The notes: generated by a model from the letters alone, not told the origin. 64,000 bases of DNA from Candidatus Aldehydirespirator sp. (GCA_965204875.1 OZ242020.1:104992-168991), one strand, 5' to 3'; positions 45,908 through 55,751 are shown, counted from the stretch's first letter. Program-made: numbers and translations.

Positions 45908-46864
45908 ATGGAACTCCGGCAGCTCAACGCCCTGCTCGCCGTAGCAGAGCACGAGAGCTTCTCGGCCGCGGCCAGGGCCCTGCACACCGTTCAGTCCAAC
46001 GTCTCGGCGCATGTCGCCCGACTCGAGGCCGAGGCGGGGGCGACGCTGATCGACAGAGCGCGCCGCACCCTCACCCCCGAGGGCCAGGTGGTCGCCGGGC
46101 GGGCACGGCGCATCCAGCTCGAGCTGCAGGCCATCTCCGACGATCTCGCCTCCCTGCGCTCCAACCTGACCGGCACCGTGCGCCTCGGCGTCATCGGCAC
46201 GACGGCACGCTGGATCGTCCCGCTGCTCCTCGACGATTCCAAGCGCCGGCACCCGGGCCTGGAGCTGATCGTGGTGGCCGCCACCACCTTGACGCTGGTG
46301 CCCCTGCTGGTCCAGGACCGCATCGACCTGGCCGTCGTGAACCTGCCCGTGGACGACCCCGACGTGCAGACCGAGTACCTCTTCAGCGAGGATCTCACGG
46401 TGATCGCGCCCGAGCACCACGAGCTGGCCGCCCTCGAGCGGGTCAGCCTCGGCGATCTGGCACACCATGAGATACTGCTGCCACCGAGGGGGACCGCCTT
46501 CCGCGACGAGATCGACGCGGACGCGCGGCGCGCCCGGGTGAAGCTGGTGACACGAGCCGAGATCGACGGTCTGCGGCTGCTGGCCGCGCTGGCGCTCGCG
46601 GGGCTGGCACCGGCGCTGCTGCCCGCCAGCGCCACGCACGGGGTCTCTGCGGGCGGCTGGCGCAGGGTTGCCGTGGACGGCGTCGGGGCGCGCATCGTCG
46701 GGTTCGCACGGAACCGTCGCGCCGCGCCGTCGGCGCCCCCGCGCGCGGTCGCCGAGATGATCCACGAGATCGTGCGAGCCGAGGCCGAGCGCGAGCCGCA
46801 CATACGCCACGGCCGGCCTCCCGCCGGCGCGGGCGCGGCGAGCCGGGCACCCGCACTGACATGA
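45908..46864 (+). CDS. LysR-family transcriptional regulator
   Basis: N-terminal HTH MELRQLNALLAVAEHESFSAAARALHTVQSNVSAHVARLE. The ATG at 45908 is preferred as the start. Confidence 0.9.
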   Translation: MELRQLNALLAVAEHESFSAAARALHTVQSNVSAHVARLEAEAGATLIDRARRTLTPEGQVVAGRARRIQLELQAISDDLASLRSNLTGTVRLGVIGTTARWIVPLLLDDSKRRHPGLELIVVAATTLTLVPLLVQDRIDLAVVNLPVDDPDVQTEYLFSEDLTVIAPEHHELAALERVSLGDLAHHEILLPPRGTAFRDEIDADARRARVKLVTRAEIDGLRLLAALALAGLAPALLPASATHGVSAGGWRRVAVDGVGARIVGFARNRRAAPSAPPRAVAEMIHEIVRAEAEREPHIRHGRPPAGAGAASRAPALT

Positions 46865-48261
46865 CCGCCGAGTCGCCCCGGCCGGCAGACCACGGTGCCG
46901 GCCCAGCGGGCGCTGCTCGCCTGGCCGTCAGGGCGGGATCCGCGGCGTTCGTTCGCGCCAGCGTCACCACCCTCGGCGGGCGAACGGTCGTCGACGTCGA
47001 TGCTCGCGGGCCGGACACCGACGACCACGGCGCCCTCGCCTGGGCCGACGGCCGCGACATGGCCGCCGCGGCCCGCCTGGCGCGCGCCCAGCGCCTGCCG
47101 ATCGTGTTGCGGCTGGCCTCCTCGGGCGCGGACCTCACCGAGGGCATCGACGCTCTGGCCGGCTGGGCCGCCGCGGCCGCCGAACTCGCCCGCTGCTCGG
47201 GCGTGGTGCCCGTCATCGTGATCGCGGAGGGCCCCAACGTGTCGGGCCCGGCCCTGCTGCTGGGGCTGGCCGACTTCGTGGTGATGACCACCGACGCCTA
47301 CGCGTTCGTCGTCGGCCCGCAGATGGTGGAGGAGTTCACCGGCATGCCCGTCGACCGTGCCGCGCTGGGCGGCGCCGAGACGCACGCGGCGCGCACGGGC
47401 GTGGCCGGCTTCCTGGCAGCCGACGCCGCCGAGGCCGAGGAGACCGTCGCCGAGCTTCTCGGATACCTGCCCGACCACAACGGCGCCGACCCCCCGCCGC
47501 GGCGCTGCGACGACCCGGTCGACCGGGCCGTCAGCGAGCTGTACGAGGTGCTGCCCGCCGAGTCCGGCGGCACCTACAACGTCACCGACGTGCTGGCAGC
47601 GGTGGTCGACGGCGGCGTGCTGCTGGAGCCGCAGGCCTACTGGGGCCCCAACCTGGTCACCGCCTTCGCCACGCTCGGCGGGCGGCCCGTGGGGCTCGTC
47701 GCCAACCAGCCACAGTCCCTGGCCGGCACGCTGGACATCACCGCGTCGCGCAAGGGCGCCCGCTTCGTCGCCTTCTGCGACGCCTTCAACCTTCCGGTGA
47801 TCACCTTCGTGGACACCTCCGGCTTCTATCCCGGCAAGGATCTGGAGTGGCGGGGCATGATCCGCTACGGCGCCCAGATGGCCTTCGCCTACGCCCGCGC
47901 CACCGTGCCGCGGGTCAACGTGACGCTGCGCAAGTCCTACGGCGGCGCCTACATCGTCATGGACTCCAAGACGATGGGCAACGACGTGGCGCTGGCCTGG
48001 CCCACCGCGGAGATCGCGGTCATGGGCGCGCGGGGCGCCGTGGAGATCCTGCATCGCAGAGCCGGCGCCGCCGAGCGGGCCGAGCTGGAGGCGGCCTACG
48101 AGCAGCGCCTGCTCAACCCCTACATCGCCGCCGACCGCGGCGCCATCGACGCGGTGATCGACCCGGCCGACACCCGGCGCGAGCTGTGCGCGGCCCTGGA
48201 GATGCTGATCGCGAAGCGTGAGCGGCTGCCGCGGCGACGCCACGACAACACGCCCCTGTAA
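46861..48261 (+). CDS. Acyl-CoA carboxylase carboxyltransferase (beta) subunit-like protein
   Basis: The C-terminal half carries GGAYIVMDSK and AWPTAEIAVMGARGAVEIL carboxyltransferase motifs. It has an ATGA overlap with the LysR gene. Confidence 0.75.
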   Translation: MTAESPRPADHGAGPAGAARLAVRAGSAAFVRASVTTLGGRTVVDVDARGPDTDDHGALAWADGRDMAAAARLARAQRLPIVLRLASSGADLTEGIDALAGWAAAAAELARCSGVVPVIVIAEGPNVSGPALLLGLADFVVMTTDAYAFVVGPQMVEEFTGMPVDRAALGGAETHAARTGVAGFLAADAAEAEETVAELLGYLPDHNGADPPPRRCDDPVDRAVSELYEVLPAESGGTYNVTDVLAAVVDGGVLLEPQAYWGPNLVTAFATLGGRPVGLVANQPQSLAGTLDITASRKGARFVAFCDAFNLPVITFVDTSGFYPGKDLEWRGMIRYGAQMAFAYARATVPRVNVTLRKSYGGAYIVMDSKTMGNDVALAWPTAEIAVMGARGAVEILHRRAGAAERAELEAAYEQRLLNPYIAADRGAIDAVIDPADTRRELCAALEMLIAKRERLPRRRHDNTPL

Positions 48262-48296
48262 CCCCCGGCGACGCCACGGCGGCGCGCCGGGGTATT

Positions 48297-49571
48297 GTGA
48301 ACACGATGACGCATAGCATCACGATCACCGACAACCGCTCGGGGGACAGCATCGAGATCCCCATCGCCGGCGGCGGGATCGACTCCTCGCAGTGGCGCAA
48401 GCTGCTTCCGGGGATCTGGTTCTATGATCCCGGCCTCGCCACCACCGCCGGCACGGCCAGCGCCATAGCCGAGATCGACGGCGACGCGGGCGTCCTGCGA
48501 TACCGCGGCTACCCGATCGAGCAGCTCGCCGAGCACAGCACCTTCCCGGAGGTGGCCTACCTGCTGATCCACGGCGAGCTGCCTGCGCCCGGCGAGCTGG
48601 ACGTCTGGGTGGATGAGATAACCCGCCACACCTTCGTCCACGAGAACTTCCGCAAGCGCATCTTCGACGCCTTCCACTACGACGCCCACCCGATGGGCCT
48701 GCTGACCTCGGGCGTGGCCGGCCTGTCGACCTTCTATCCCGACGCCAAGGACATCTTCGACCGCGGCAACCGCATGGCGCAGATCATCCGCCTGATCGCC
48801 AAGATGCCGACGCTCGCGGCGGCGGCCTACCGCTTCTCGAGGGGCCTGCCCTTCAACTTCCCCGACAACGCCGACGACTTCCCGACGCGCTTCCTCAAGA
48901 TGATGTTCGACATCGACGGCAGCTACGAGCCCCCCGCCGCGCTGGTGCGGGCCATGCGGGTGCTGTTCATCCTGCACGCCGACCACGGGCAGAACTGCTC
49001 CACCACCGCGGCGCGGGTGGTGGGTTCGAGCCACGCCGACCCGTACTCGGCCATCGCCGCGGCCTGCGCCGCCCTGTACGGCCCCCTGCACGGCGGCGCC
49101 AACGAGGCCGTGATCAACATGCTGGGCGAGATCGGCTCATACGACAACGTGGACAGCTTCGTGGCGTCGGCCAAGCGTGAGGGGCGCCGGCTGATGGGCT
49201 TCGGGCACCGCATCTACAAGAACTACGACCCGCGGGCGATGATCATCAAGGCCGCGGCACACGACGTGTTCGAGGTGATCGGCAAGAACCCGCTGCTCGA
49301 CATCGCCCTCAAGCTCGAGGAGGTGGCGCTGGCCGACGAGTATTTCCTGAGCCGGCGCCTCTACCCGAACGTCGACTTCTACTCGGGACTCATCTACCAG
49401 TCGCTGGGGTTCCCCACCAACATGTTCACCGTGCTCTTCGCCATCGGCCGCACCCCGGGATGGCTGGCACACTGGAACGAGATGCTCGAGCAGAACTCAC
49501 GCATCTACCGCCCCCGCCAGCTCTACACAGGCGCAGACCGCCGCGACTACAAGCCACTAGAAGCCCGCTAG
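48297..49571 (+). CDS. gltA: Citrate synthase
   Basis: ILHADHGQNCST, GPLHGGANE and GFGHRIYKNYDPR motifs. Confidence 0.9.
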   Translation: MNTMTHSITITDNRSGDSIEIPIAGGGIDSSQWRKLLPGIWFYDPGLATTAGTASAIAEIDGDAGVLRYRGYPIEQLAEHSTFPEVAYLLIHGELPAPGELDVWVDEITRHTFVHENFRKRIFDAFHYDAHPMGLLTSGVAGLSTFYPDAKDIFDRGNRMAQIIRLIAKMPTLAAAAYRFSRGLPFNFPDNADDFPTRFLKMMFDIDGSYEPPAALVRAMRVLFILHADHGQNCSTTAARVVGSSHADPYSAIAAACAALYGPLHGGANEAVINMLGEIGSYDNVDSFVASAKREGRRLMGFGHRIYKNYDPRAMIIKAAAHDVFEVIGKNPLLDIALKLEEVALADEYFLSRRLYPNVDFYSGLIYQSLGFPTNMFTVLFAIGRTPGWLAHWNEMLEQNSRIYRPRQLYTGADRRDYKPLEAR

Positions 49572-49616
49572 CGCACCAGTCGAACCAGCCCGGCCCGCCT
49601 GTTTTCGCCCTGGGAG

Positions 49617-50600
49617 CTAGGGCTGGGCCGTGTGGAGCACGATCTTGCCGGCGTTTAGGTTGGCCTCCATGCGGTGGTGGGCTGCGGGGGCGTCGTCGAG
49701 GGCGAAGCGGCTGTCGATGACCGGGCGCATCGTCCCCGCGGCCACGTGCGGCAGGATCTCAGCCGCGAACCGGCGGGTGACGGCGATCTTCTCCTCGATG
49801 GGCCGGGCGCGCAGGGTGGTGCCGATCAGGGTCGCTCGCCGGGCCAGCAGCGTCATGGGGTCGAACGGCACCGGCTTGCCCGCCATCACGCCCACCTGCA
49901 CGATCCGGCCGCCGGTTCGCACGCACGACACGTTGCGCGGCAGGTAGTCGCCGCCGACGACGTCGAGCACCACGTCCACGCCGCCGCCGCCGGTCGCGGC
50001 GCTGACCGCGGCCACGAAGTCGTCGCTGGCGTAGTCGATCACGATGTCGGCGCCGAGGGCCTCACAGACATGTTGCTTGCCGGCGGAGGCGGTGACCGCG
50101 ATGCGCGCCCCGATGGCCTTGGCTATCTGGATGGACGCCGTGCCGACCCCCGACGCGCCCGCGTGTACGAGCGCCCAGCGGCCCGAGGTGAGCCCGCCCT
50201 GGCGCACCAGCGCGTCCCAGGCCGTGATGAACACCTCCGGGAGAGCGCCCGCATCCTCAAGCCCGAGGGCGGCGGGCACCGCCATCGCCTGGCGCTCGTG
50301 AACGGTGAGCCGCTCTGCGTAGCCGCCGCCGGCGACGATGCCCATCACCGCGTCGCCCACAGCGTGCTCGGTGACCCGCTCGCCGGTTGCGGCGACACGC
50401 CCCGCGAACTCCAGGCCGGGGATCTCATGCTCCGCCGGCGGCCCCGGATACCGGCCGCGCCGCTGCATCAGATCGGCACGGTTGACCGACGTGGTCGCCA
50501 CGTCCACCAGGATCTCCTCGGGGCCGGGCACCGGATCCGGCACGTCGCGAACCACCAGCACCTCGGGCGGCCCCTTCTGCTCGATAACGACAGCTCTCAC
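49617..50600 (-). CDS. qor: NAD(P)H:quinone oxidoreductase (zeta-crystallin / MDR family)
   Basis: MDR layout with HAGASGVGTASIQIAK as the nucleotide-binding motif. Confidence 0.8.
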   Translation of the reverse strand: MRAVVIEQKGPPEVLVVRDVPDPVPGPEEILVDVATTSVNRADLMQRRGRYPGPPAEHEIPGLEFAGRVAATGERVTEHAVGDAVMGIVAGGGYAERLTVHERQAMAVPAALGLEDAGALPEVFITAWDALVRQGGLTSGRWALVHAGASGVGTASIQIAKAIGARIAVTASAGKQHVCEALGADIVIDYASDDFVAAVSAATGGGGVDVVLDVVGGDYLPRNVSCVRTGGRIVQVGVMAGKPVPFDPMTLLARRATLIGTTLRARPIEEKIAVTRRFAAEILPHVAAGTMRPVIDSRFALDDAPAAHHRMEANLNAGKIVLHTAQP

Positions 50601-50646
50601 AGTGATCCTCCCAATCCAGCGATCTGATGCCGCGGGTAAACAAGCG

Positions 50647-51078
50647 TCAGAAATACCCGAAATCGGAGGGGCCGTCCGGGAGGTAAGCCGACCCCGGATC
50701 TGATCCTTCCGGCACTATAGGAGCATCGGAATCCGGACGATCCAGCATCGCCCAACTCGCTTCCACGCTCCGACCATCGGCCAACACCGCCTGCCCGGAC
50801 ATGCCAGACCCAGCGCCAGCGCCACCCGCCACGAAGCCTGAAGCCTCCAAAAGGCGCACTTTGCGACGCAACCGCGCCTTCGCCATTAGTAGCGTCATCA
50901 ACATAACCGCGAGACCAACGAAGAAAATCCATGAACCCACCATCACTCCCCAGGTCATCACGAAATAGCATGCGGAGCTAGTCCAATACAAGATAAGCGC
51001 CAGCAAGTCGGTGCGGAATGCAACGGGACTGCCATCAGCCCAAACCGCTGACTTGAACGCTGACCTGATCACTTCCAC
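50647..51078 (-). CDS. Hypothetical small membrane protein (lower-GC patch)
   Basis: Two clear TM segments and no recognisable motif. Local GC is markedly lower. Confidence 0.45.
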   Translation of the reverse strand: MEVIRSAFKSAVWADGSPVAFRTDLLALILYWTSSACYFVMTWGVMVGSWIFFVGLAVMLMTLLMAKARLRRKVRLLEASGFVAGGAGAGSGMSGQAVLADGRSVEASWAMLDRPDSDAPIVPEGSDPGSAYLPDGPSDFGYF

Positions 51079-51095
51079 GAGCCAACCTACTATTG

Positions 51096-52028
51096 CTAGC
51101 AGCCAGGTCTATTGCTTCGGTGGCGCAAATTGCATTTGTTGGCCGGAGGAATCGGACCTCCAGTATACGGTTTCCGATCAGCGTTCAGCTTATCTCTGTG
51201 CCTCCATGCCTCCCGCACGTAGTGCGGACCCGCGGTGACTGCCGTGGTTACCGCTGCAGTACAAGGGATGCTGGAGGCACATCGAAGCGCGGCATATTTC
51301 ACCACGACAAACACTGCAACCCAGAAGGGGTCAGCCACCACAGGGTAACTCGCACCGCGATGATCCACCGTTTGAACAATCACCCGGCCGTTAATTTCAA
51401 AATGAGTCAGCACATCTTTGCCGTCCGCGTCTACAGCCCAGGGTGCCATAATCCCGCCGGCTTCCTTGCCGAAGTCGTCATAGAACCTCACCGAGCCGTC
51501 GTTTTGAATCTTGGCGCTATACCCTGCAGGCACGGCACGTTCAAACCGATACTTCGTTGAGGCATCGGAATTGTCGATGATCAACGCGGCCATGAACACT
51601 GAAGCGTCATCGGCCGCGTGAGTCCACAATTCAACGTTCTCGTCGTCTTCGAGGGCTACAACGGCATCAGGAACACCCCGATCCGTCCACACCGTGTCGA
51701 ACTCGGCCGCGCCTGTGTTAGCAACCGGTCCCGGAGCTGTGGTCTCGACATCGCGATTGATGTCTGAGGCGCTGCCGCCACCCACACCGGCATTCGCGGC
51801 TGGGACTGAATCGTCGTCGCTAGCGTCGGCGACACCCGCAGGAGCTTCGAGCGGCGTCTGCGCCTGAGCGGGCAGCGCAACTGTCAGCGCTAGGACAGCA
51901 ACCGCGCACACCGCGGCACACGAAAGTCGGACTCTGCGCCTCACGGCAGTACCTCCTGATTGACCTGTGCGACCTCGGCTGCGGGGCTGCACGCTGGTAG
52001 CTATACCCGAGATCAAGCGCTGTGTCAA
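51096..52028 (-). CDS. Hypothetical secreted protein (lower-GC patch)
   Basis: Signal peptide (LSCAAVCAVAVLALTVALPAQAQ) followed by an acidic linker. No recognisable domain. Confidence 0.5.
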   Translation of the reverse strand: MTQRLISGIATSVQPRSRGRTGQSGGTAVRRRVRLSCAAVCAVAVLALTVALPAQAQTPLEAPAGVADASDDDSVPAANAGVGGGSASDINRDVETTAPGPVANTGAAEFDTVWTDRGVPDAVVALEDDENVELWTHAADDASVFMAALIIDNSDASTKYRFERAVPAGYSAKIQNDGSVRFYDDFGKEAGGIMAPWAVDADGKDVLTHFEINGRVIVQTVDHRGASYPVVADPFWVAVFVVVKYAALRCASSIPCTAAVTTAVTAGPHYVREAWRHRDKLNADRKPYTGGPIPPANKCNLRHRSNRPGC

Positions 52029-52053
52029 GTGTCCTGGGACTCAGCCCTGGAAC

Positions 52054-53796
52054 TCAGAAGCGCAGCTTGGACGGGTAGGGGTAGAGGTCGGGGAAGTCTC
52101 CGCTGCGGTTGCGCTGCTGCATCGACTGCCAGAACCCGACCGTGGCGATCTCGGGGTATTGCTCTGCGAACACCTCTCCGAGCACCGCAGGCGAGCGCAG
52201 GAAGGTGGCGAACTCCTCGGGGAACACGTCGTCGGCGCCCACCGGGAACCACGGCTGATCGAGCATCTCGTCGGCGTCGGCACCGGGGGCGGGCAGCCCG
52301 CGGAAGTTCACCTCCGACAGCAGGGCCAGCTCGTCATAGTCATAGAACACGACCGCGCCGAGCCGGGTCACGCCGAAGTTCTTGGCGAACAGGTCGCCGG
52401 GGAAGATGTTGGCCGCGGCCAGGTCCTTGATGGCGTTGCCGTAGTCGACGGCGGCCGCCCGCACCCGGTCGGGCGCCATCTCCCGCAAGTACAGGTCCAG
52501 CGGGTAGACGCGCCGCTCGGTGTACACATGGCCGAGCACCACCTCGTCGCCGCTGACGGTCACCGTGCGCGAGCAGTCCCGCTGCAGTTCCTCGAGGAGG
52601 TCGTGGTCGAAGCGGTCGCGGGAGAAGGTCAGGTTCTCGAACTCCTGCGCGTCCACCAGCCTGCCCATCCGGTCGTAGCCGAACACCAGCTGGTAGCGCC
52701 TCTTGACCTCCTCGGGGGTGATCCTCTTGCTGGGCGGGAAGCGGTCCTTGATGACCTTGAACACCACGTCGAACGAGGGCAGCGCGAACACCGCCATGAC
52801 GGTGCCGGCGGCGCCGCGCGAGTGCTCGAAGCGGGTGTTGGAGTGCTCCATGTGCCGGTACAGGGCCCGGAAAAGGTTGGTCTTGCCGTGCTGGGAGTAC
52901 CCGAGGGCGGTGTAGAGCTCGGCGACCGGCTTCACCGGCAGCATCGACTTGAGGAAGGCCACGACGGCGGCGGGGCGCGTCGTGAGGGCGTGCATGTAGG
53001 AGCGGGCGTAGCTGAACAGGCGGCTGGCGGCGGACTCGGTCAGCAGCGCCGCATCGACGCGCACGCCCGTGCCGTCGTGCACGACGGGCAGGATGCACGG
53101 CGACACCCGGTTGAGCCAGCGCAGCCGGCCGACCAGGTAGGCACCCTTCTGTCGGTAGAAGACGGGTTCGAGCACGTCGATGGCGTCGAGTCCCCGCCAA
53201 GTGCCCGCAAGCTGCGCGTCGATCCGCTCGGCCACCAGGCGGGCGTCTCGGTCCAGGTCGGCGAAGTGCGGCCCCAGCGGGCTGCGTCGCAGGACAGCCC
53301 GCACCGCAGCCTCCGTAGAGCTCGCAGCCCCCGCGGGCGCGGCGACAGCGGCGGTGCGGTAGTCGCCCGCGGCGGGGTCGTCGGCAGGCAGCGCCGTGGG
53401 GCCGAGCCAGATGAACTCCAGATCCCGGTCGAGGCCGACTACATCGAAGAGGCGCCGGGTGACGGAGTTGTAGAACGTCTCGGCCAGCTCCGTGTCGCCG
53501 CGCGGCGCCACGAGTTCCACGTAGCGCCGCTGGGCCTCGATCCAGCTGCCCCGCGGATCGCAGGCTGGAACCCGGTCGCGGCAGGTCTCGACGGTCTCGA
53601 GCACGGCGGCGGTGTGCAGCTCGAGACGCTCGGCCGCGTCCTGGCGGTGGCCGTGCCAGTCCCGTGCGAGGAAGCGCTCCCCGGCACGGCCGGTGATGGC
53701 GATGAAGCGGCGGTGGAAGTCCTCGAAGCGCCGGTAGAGGATGTTCGCCAGCTCCTCCGGCGTGCCCGGGCGGCCCGGTCGGCTTCGCGGGCCCAC
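52054..53796 (-). CDS. aceK: Isocitrate dehydrogenase kinase/phosphatase
   Basis: Strong collinear similarity to E. coli AceK as I recall it: FDVVFKVIKDRF, AQEFENL, AAANIFPGDLFAKNFGVTR, VVFYDYDE and VNFR segments. Confidence 0.85.
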   Translation of the reverse strand: MGPRSRPGRPGTPEELANILYRRFEDFHRRFIAITGRAGERFLARDWHGHRQDAAERLELHTAAVLETVETCRDRVPACDPRGSWIEAQRRYVELVAPRGDTELAETFYNSVTRRLFDVVGLDRDLEFIWLGPTALPADDPAAGDYRTAAVAAPAGAASSTEAAVRAVLRRSPLGPHFADLDRDARLVAERIDAQLAGTWRGLDAIDVLEPVFYRQKGAYLVGRLRWLNRVSPCILPVVHDGTGVRVDAALLTESAASRLFSYARSYMHALTTRPAAVVAFLKSMLPVKPVAELYTALGYSQHGKTNLFRALYRHMEHSNTRFEHSRGAAGTVMAVFALPSFDVVFKVIKDRFPPSKRITPEEVKRRYQLVFGYDRMGRLVDAQEFENLTFSRDRFDHDLLEELQRDCSRTVTVSGDEVVLGHVYTERRVYPLDLYLREMAPDRVRAAAVDYGNAIKDLAAANIFPGDLFAKNFGVTRLGAVVFYDYDELALLSEVNFRGLPAPGADADEMLDQPWFPVGADDVFPEEFATFLRSPAVLGEVFAEQYPEIATVGFWQSMQQRNRSGDFPDLYPYPSKLRF

Positions 53797-53808
53797 GGCG
53801 GGAAGGCC

Positions 53809-54120
53809 TCAGTCCTCGGCAGCGCCTGCGTCGTTGCGAGCGAGGTCGTGGTGGCGGATCACCTCGTCGATCACGAACCGCAGGAACTTCTCGCTGAAGG
53901 CGGGGTCGAGGTTGGCCGCTGCGGCCAGTTCCCGCATCCTGGCGACCTGCTGCGACTCGCGCTCGGGATCAGCGGGCGGCAGCCCGGCGCTTGCCTTGTA
54001 CGCGCCGATCTGCTTGGTGACCTTGAAGCGCTCGGCAAGCAGCAGTACCAGAGCAGCGTCAATGTTGTCGATGCTCGACCGGTAACCGGCCAACAATTCG
54101 TCACCCGGTCCCGAGTCCAC
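53809..54120 (-). CDS. Chorismate mutase (AroQ class)
   Basis: RSSIDNIDAALVLLLAERFKVTKQIGAYK...PEREQ-like pattern of small AroQ mutases. The start codon is GTG. Confidence 0.8.
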   Translation of the reverse strand: MDSGPGDELLAGYRSSIDNIDAALVLLLAERFKVTKQIGAYKASAGLPPADPERESQQVARMRELAAAANLDPAFSEKFLRFVIDEVIRHHDLARNDAGAAED

Positions 54121-54131
54121 GACCCGAAACG

Positions 54132-55655
54132 CTACCGCCGTCGAGTTCTTTCGGCAATGAGGTGCTCGATGGCCTCGTCTCGGGCCCAGGCAAGATCTAC
54201 GAGATCGTCAATCGAGGCAACCAATAGCTCGCCTCGACCCTCGATTTCTGTGCGAAGAACATCGAGCGGAACCCGCCTATCGCTCTTTGTGCCATTATGA
54301 TACGGGCAGAGCGGTGCACGATTGTCTATTTCGTGTCGTCCCTGCTTCGACCTGGGATCGATATGATCTAGCACGAAATTATTGATAGTGTGTTGGATCA
54401 ACATCTCGCCGTTCACGTCCTGTTTCCAGTTGGCAAATCCACAGCACCAGGCACGCCAATCCGAAAGACCCAACAGAAACTCAAGCATCTCCGAGCGTGA
54501 GAATATGCTAGCACGGGTCTTGTACTTGCGAGGTGGCAATGGCTTTACCGACTTCACATCGTCTTCCAATGTCGAGCGAACAGGTAGTTCGTGCGGTCCA
54601 CGCATAGTGACATCCGCGCGCGCCAGTGAGGCCCCCGCGTGAGCCAACACGCCCTCAGGTGCTTCACCATCAACGGCGTAACCGAACTTCTTGAACTGCC
54701 GCCTAAGCACAGTCATCGCACGCGGAGATATGTCACAAGCCACCCACTGACGGCCTAACCTTTCCGCAGCTACCGGAACATAGGCACATCCAGCGAAAGG
54801 GTCCATCACCAGATCGCCGGGCATGCTAGATGCTCGGACGATAAGTTCGGCCAAGGCTACCGGCTTCTGGGTCGGATATCCAGTGCGCTCTTTCGCCTGA
54901 TTGTTGAGTGATGGTATGTTCCACACATCGGTCATGCCCTTCTGTTTTCCACTAAGCCTACGTGACGAGGCCGGTTGCGTCGGCTTGGAGAAGGGGAAGA
55001 CATCGGACTTTGTGTAAAATAGTAAGGTATCATGCTTGCGTGACCATCGCTTCGGAGATGATCCACCCAATCCGTATGACCAAACGATCTCGTTCTGAAA
55101 ATTCTCCTCGCCAAATGTCGCATCTAGCAACATTCTCAGATAACTGTTGGCGGCATGATCACAATGCAAGTAGATTGACCCTGAAGGCTTCAGAATACGA
55201 TGGCATTCGATGAGTCGTACAGCCATGTATGCTAGATAAGCAGCGGCACTCTCAGAATGTGTCTTTCGAGTAGCTTGTATCGCACTGTTCACTGCTGAAT
55301 GCCGATCTTCAATATCGTTCATCCATTCCTCGTGGATGTCAGCTGACCACGACCATATATCCTGAAACCTCGCTGTCGTGTCACCCGACGGCCACACGAT
55401 GCTCGCCTTATCCGCATCATTCACACCGTGAATGCCCCATGATGCAAGAACATCTGACTCCATCTGAGTCTCCTCGGCAGTCAGTGGAGGCCTGAGCTTG
55501 CCGACGAACGTGTCGTTCTTCGCGAATGGAGGATCGGTGCAGATGAGGTCGACGCAAGCCGTATCCAGCGACTTGAGCAAATGGCAGTTGTCAACAATGA
55601 ACAGATGCCGGTTGAGAGAGTGTGCCTGTGTCGTGCTGCTCACGTCGCTGGCCAT
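54132..55655 (-). CDS. Beta-class N4/N6 DNA methyltransferase fused to a C-terminal HNH nuclease domain
   Basis: Motif IV TDPPF comes before motif I DPFAGCAY...AAERLGR, which is the beta-class order. The C-terminal DHIDPRSKQGRHEIDNRAPLCPYHNGTKSD forms the HNH domain. GC is about 50% by eye. Confidence 0.75.
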   Translation of the reverse strand: MASDVSSTTQAHSLNRHLFIVDNCHLLKSLDTACVDLICTDPPFAKNDTFVGKLRPPLTAEETQMESDVLASWGIHGVNDADKASIVWPSGDTTARFQDIWSWSADIHEEWMNDIEDRHSAVNSAIQATRKTHSESAAAYLAYMAVRLIECHRILKPSGSIYLHCDHAANSYLRMLLDATFGEENFQNEIVWSYGLGGSSPKRWSRKHDTLLFYTKSDVFPFSKPTQPASSRRLSGKQKGMTDVWNIPSLNNQAKERTGYPTQKPVALAELIVRASSMPGDLVMDPFAGCAYVPVAAERLGRQWVACDISPRAMTVLRRQFKKFGYAVDGEAPEGVLAHAGASLARADVTMRGPHELPVRSTLEDDVKSVKPLPPRKYKTRASIFSRSEMLEFLLGLSDWRAWCCGFANWKQDVNGEMLIQHTINNFVLDHIDPRSKQGRHEIDNRAPLCPYHNGTKSDRRVPLDVLRTEIEGRGELLVASIDDLVDLAWARDEAIEHLIAERTRRR

Positions 55656-55751
55656 CTTCTCAGTACCTTCCTTTCGGAGGGATCGCGTAGGCTACAAGCG
55701 AGCACAGGCGCCGCAGCGCGCACCACAAGTTGAGGGGCGCTTGTCCAGTGG

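Noticed and set aside
45991-48243. 750-aa minus-strand ORF
   Set aside because: It is antisense to the LysR regulator and carboxyltransferase genes, both of which have clear motifs.
51967-54300. 777-aa plus-strand ORF
   Set aside because: It is antisense to aceK and chorismate mutase. AceK similarity on the minus strand is extensive.
50647-55655. A single integrated genomic island downstream of tRNA-Val(GAC)
   Set aside because: The composition is patchy, because aceK and chorismate mutase have native high GC. No integrase was found and no duplicated tRNA 3' end. These are better treated as separate small insertions.
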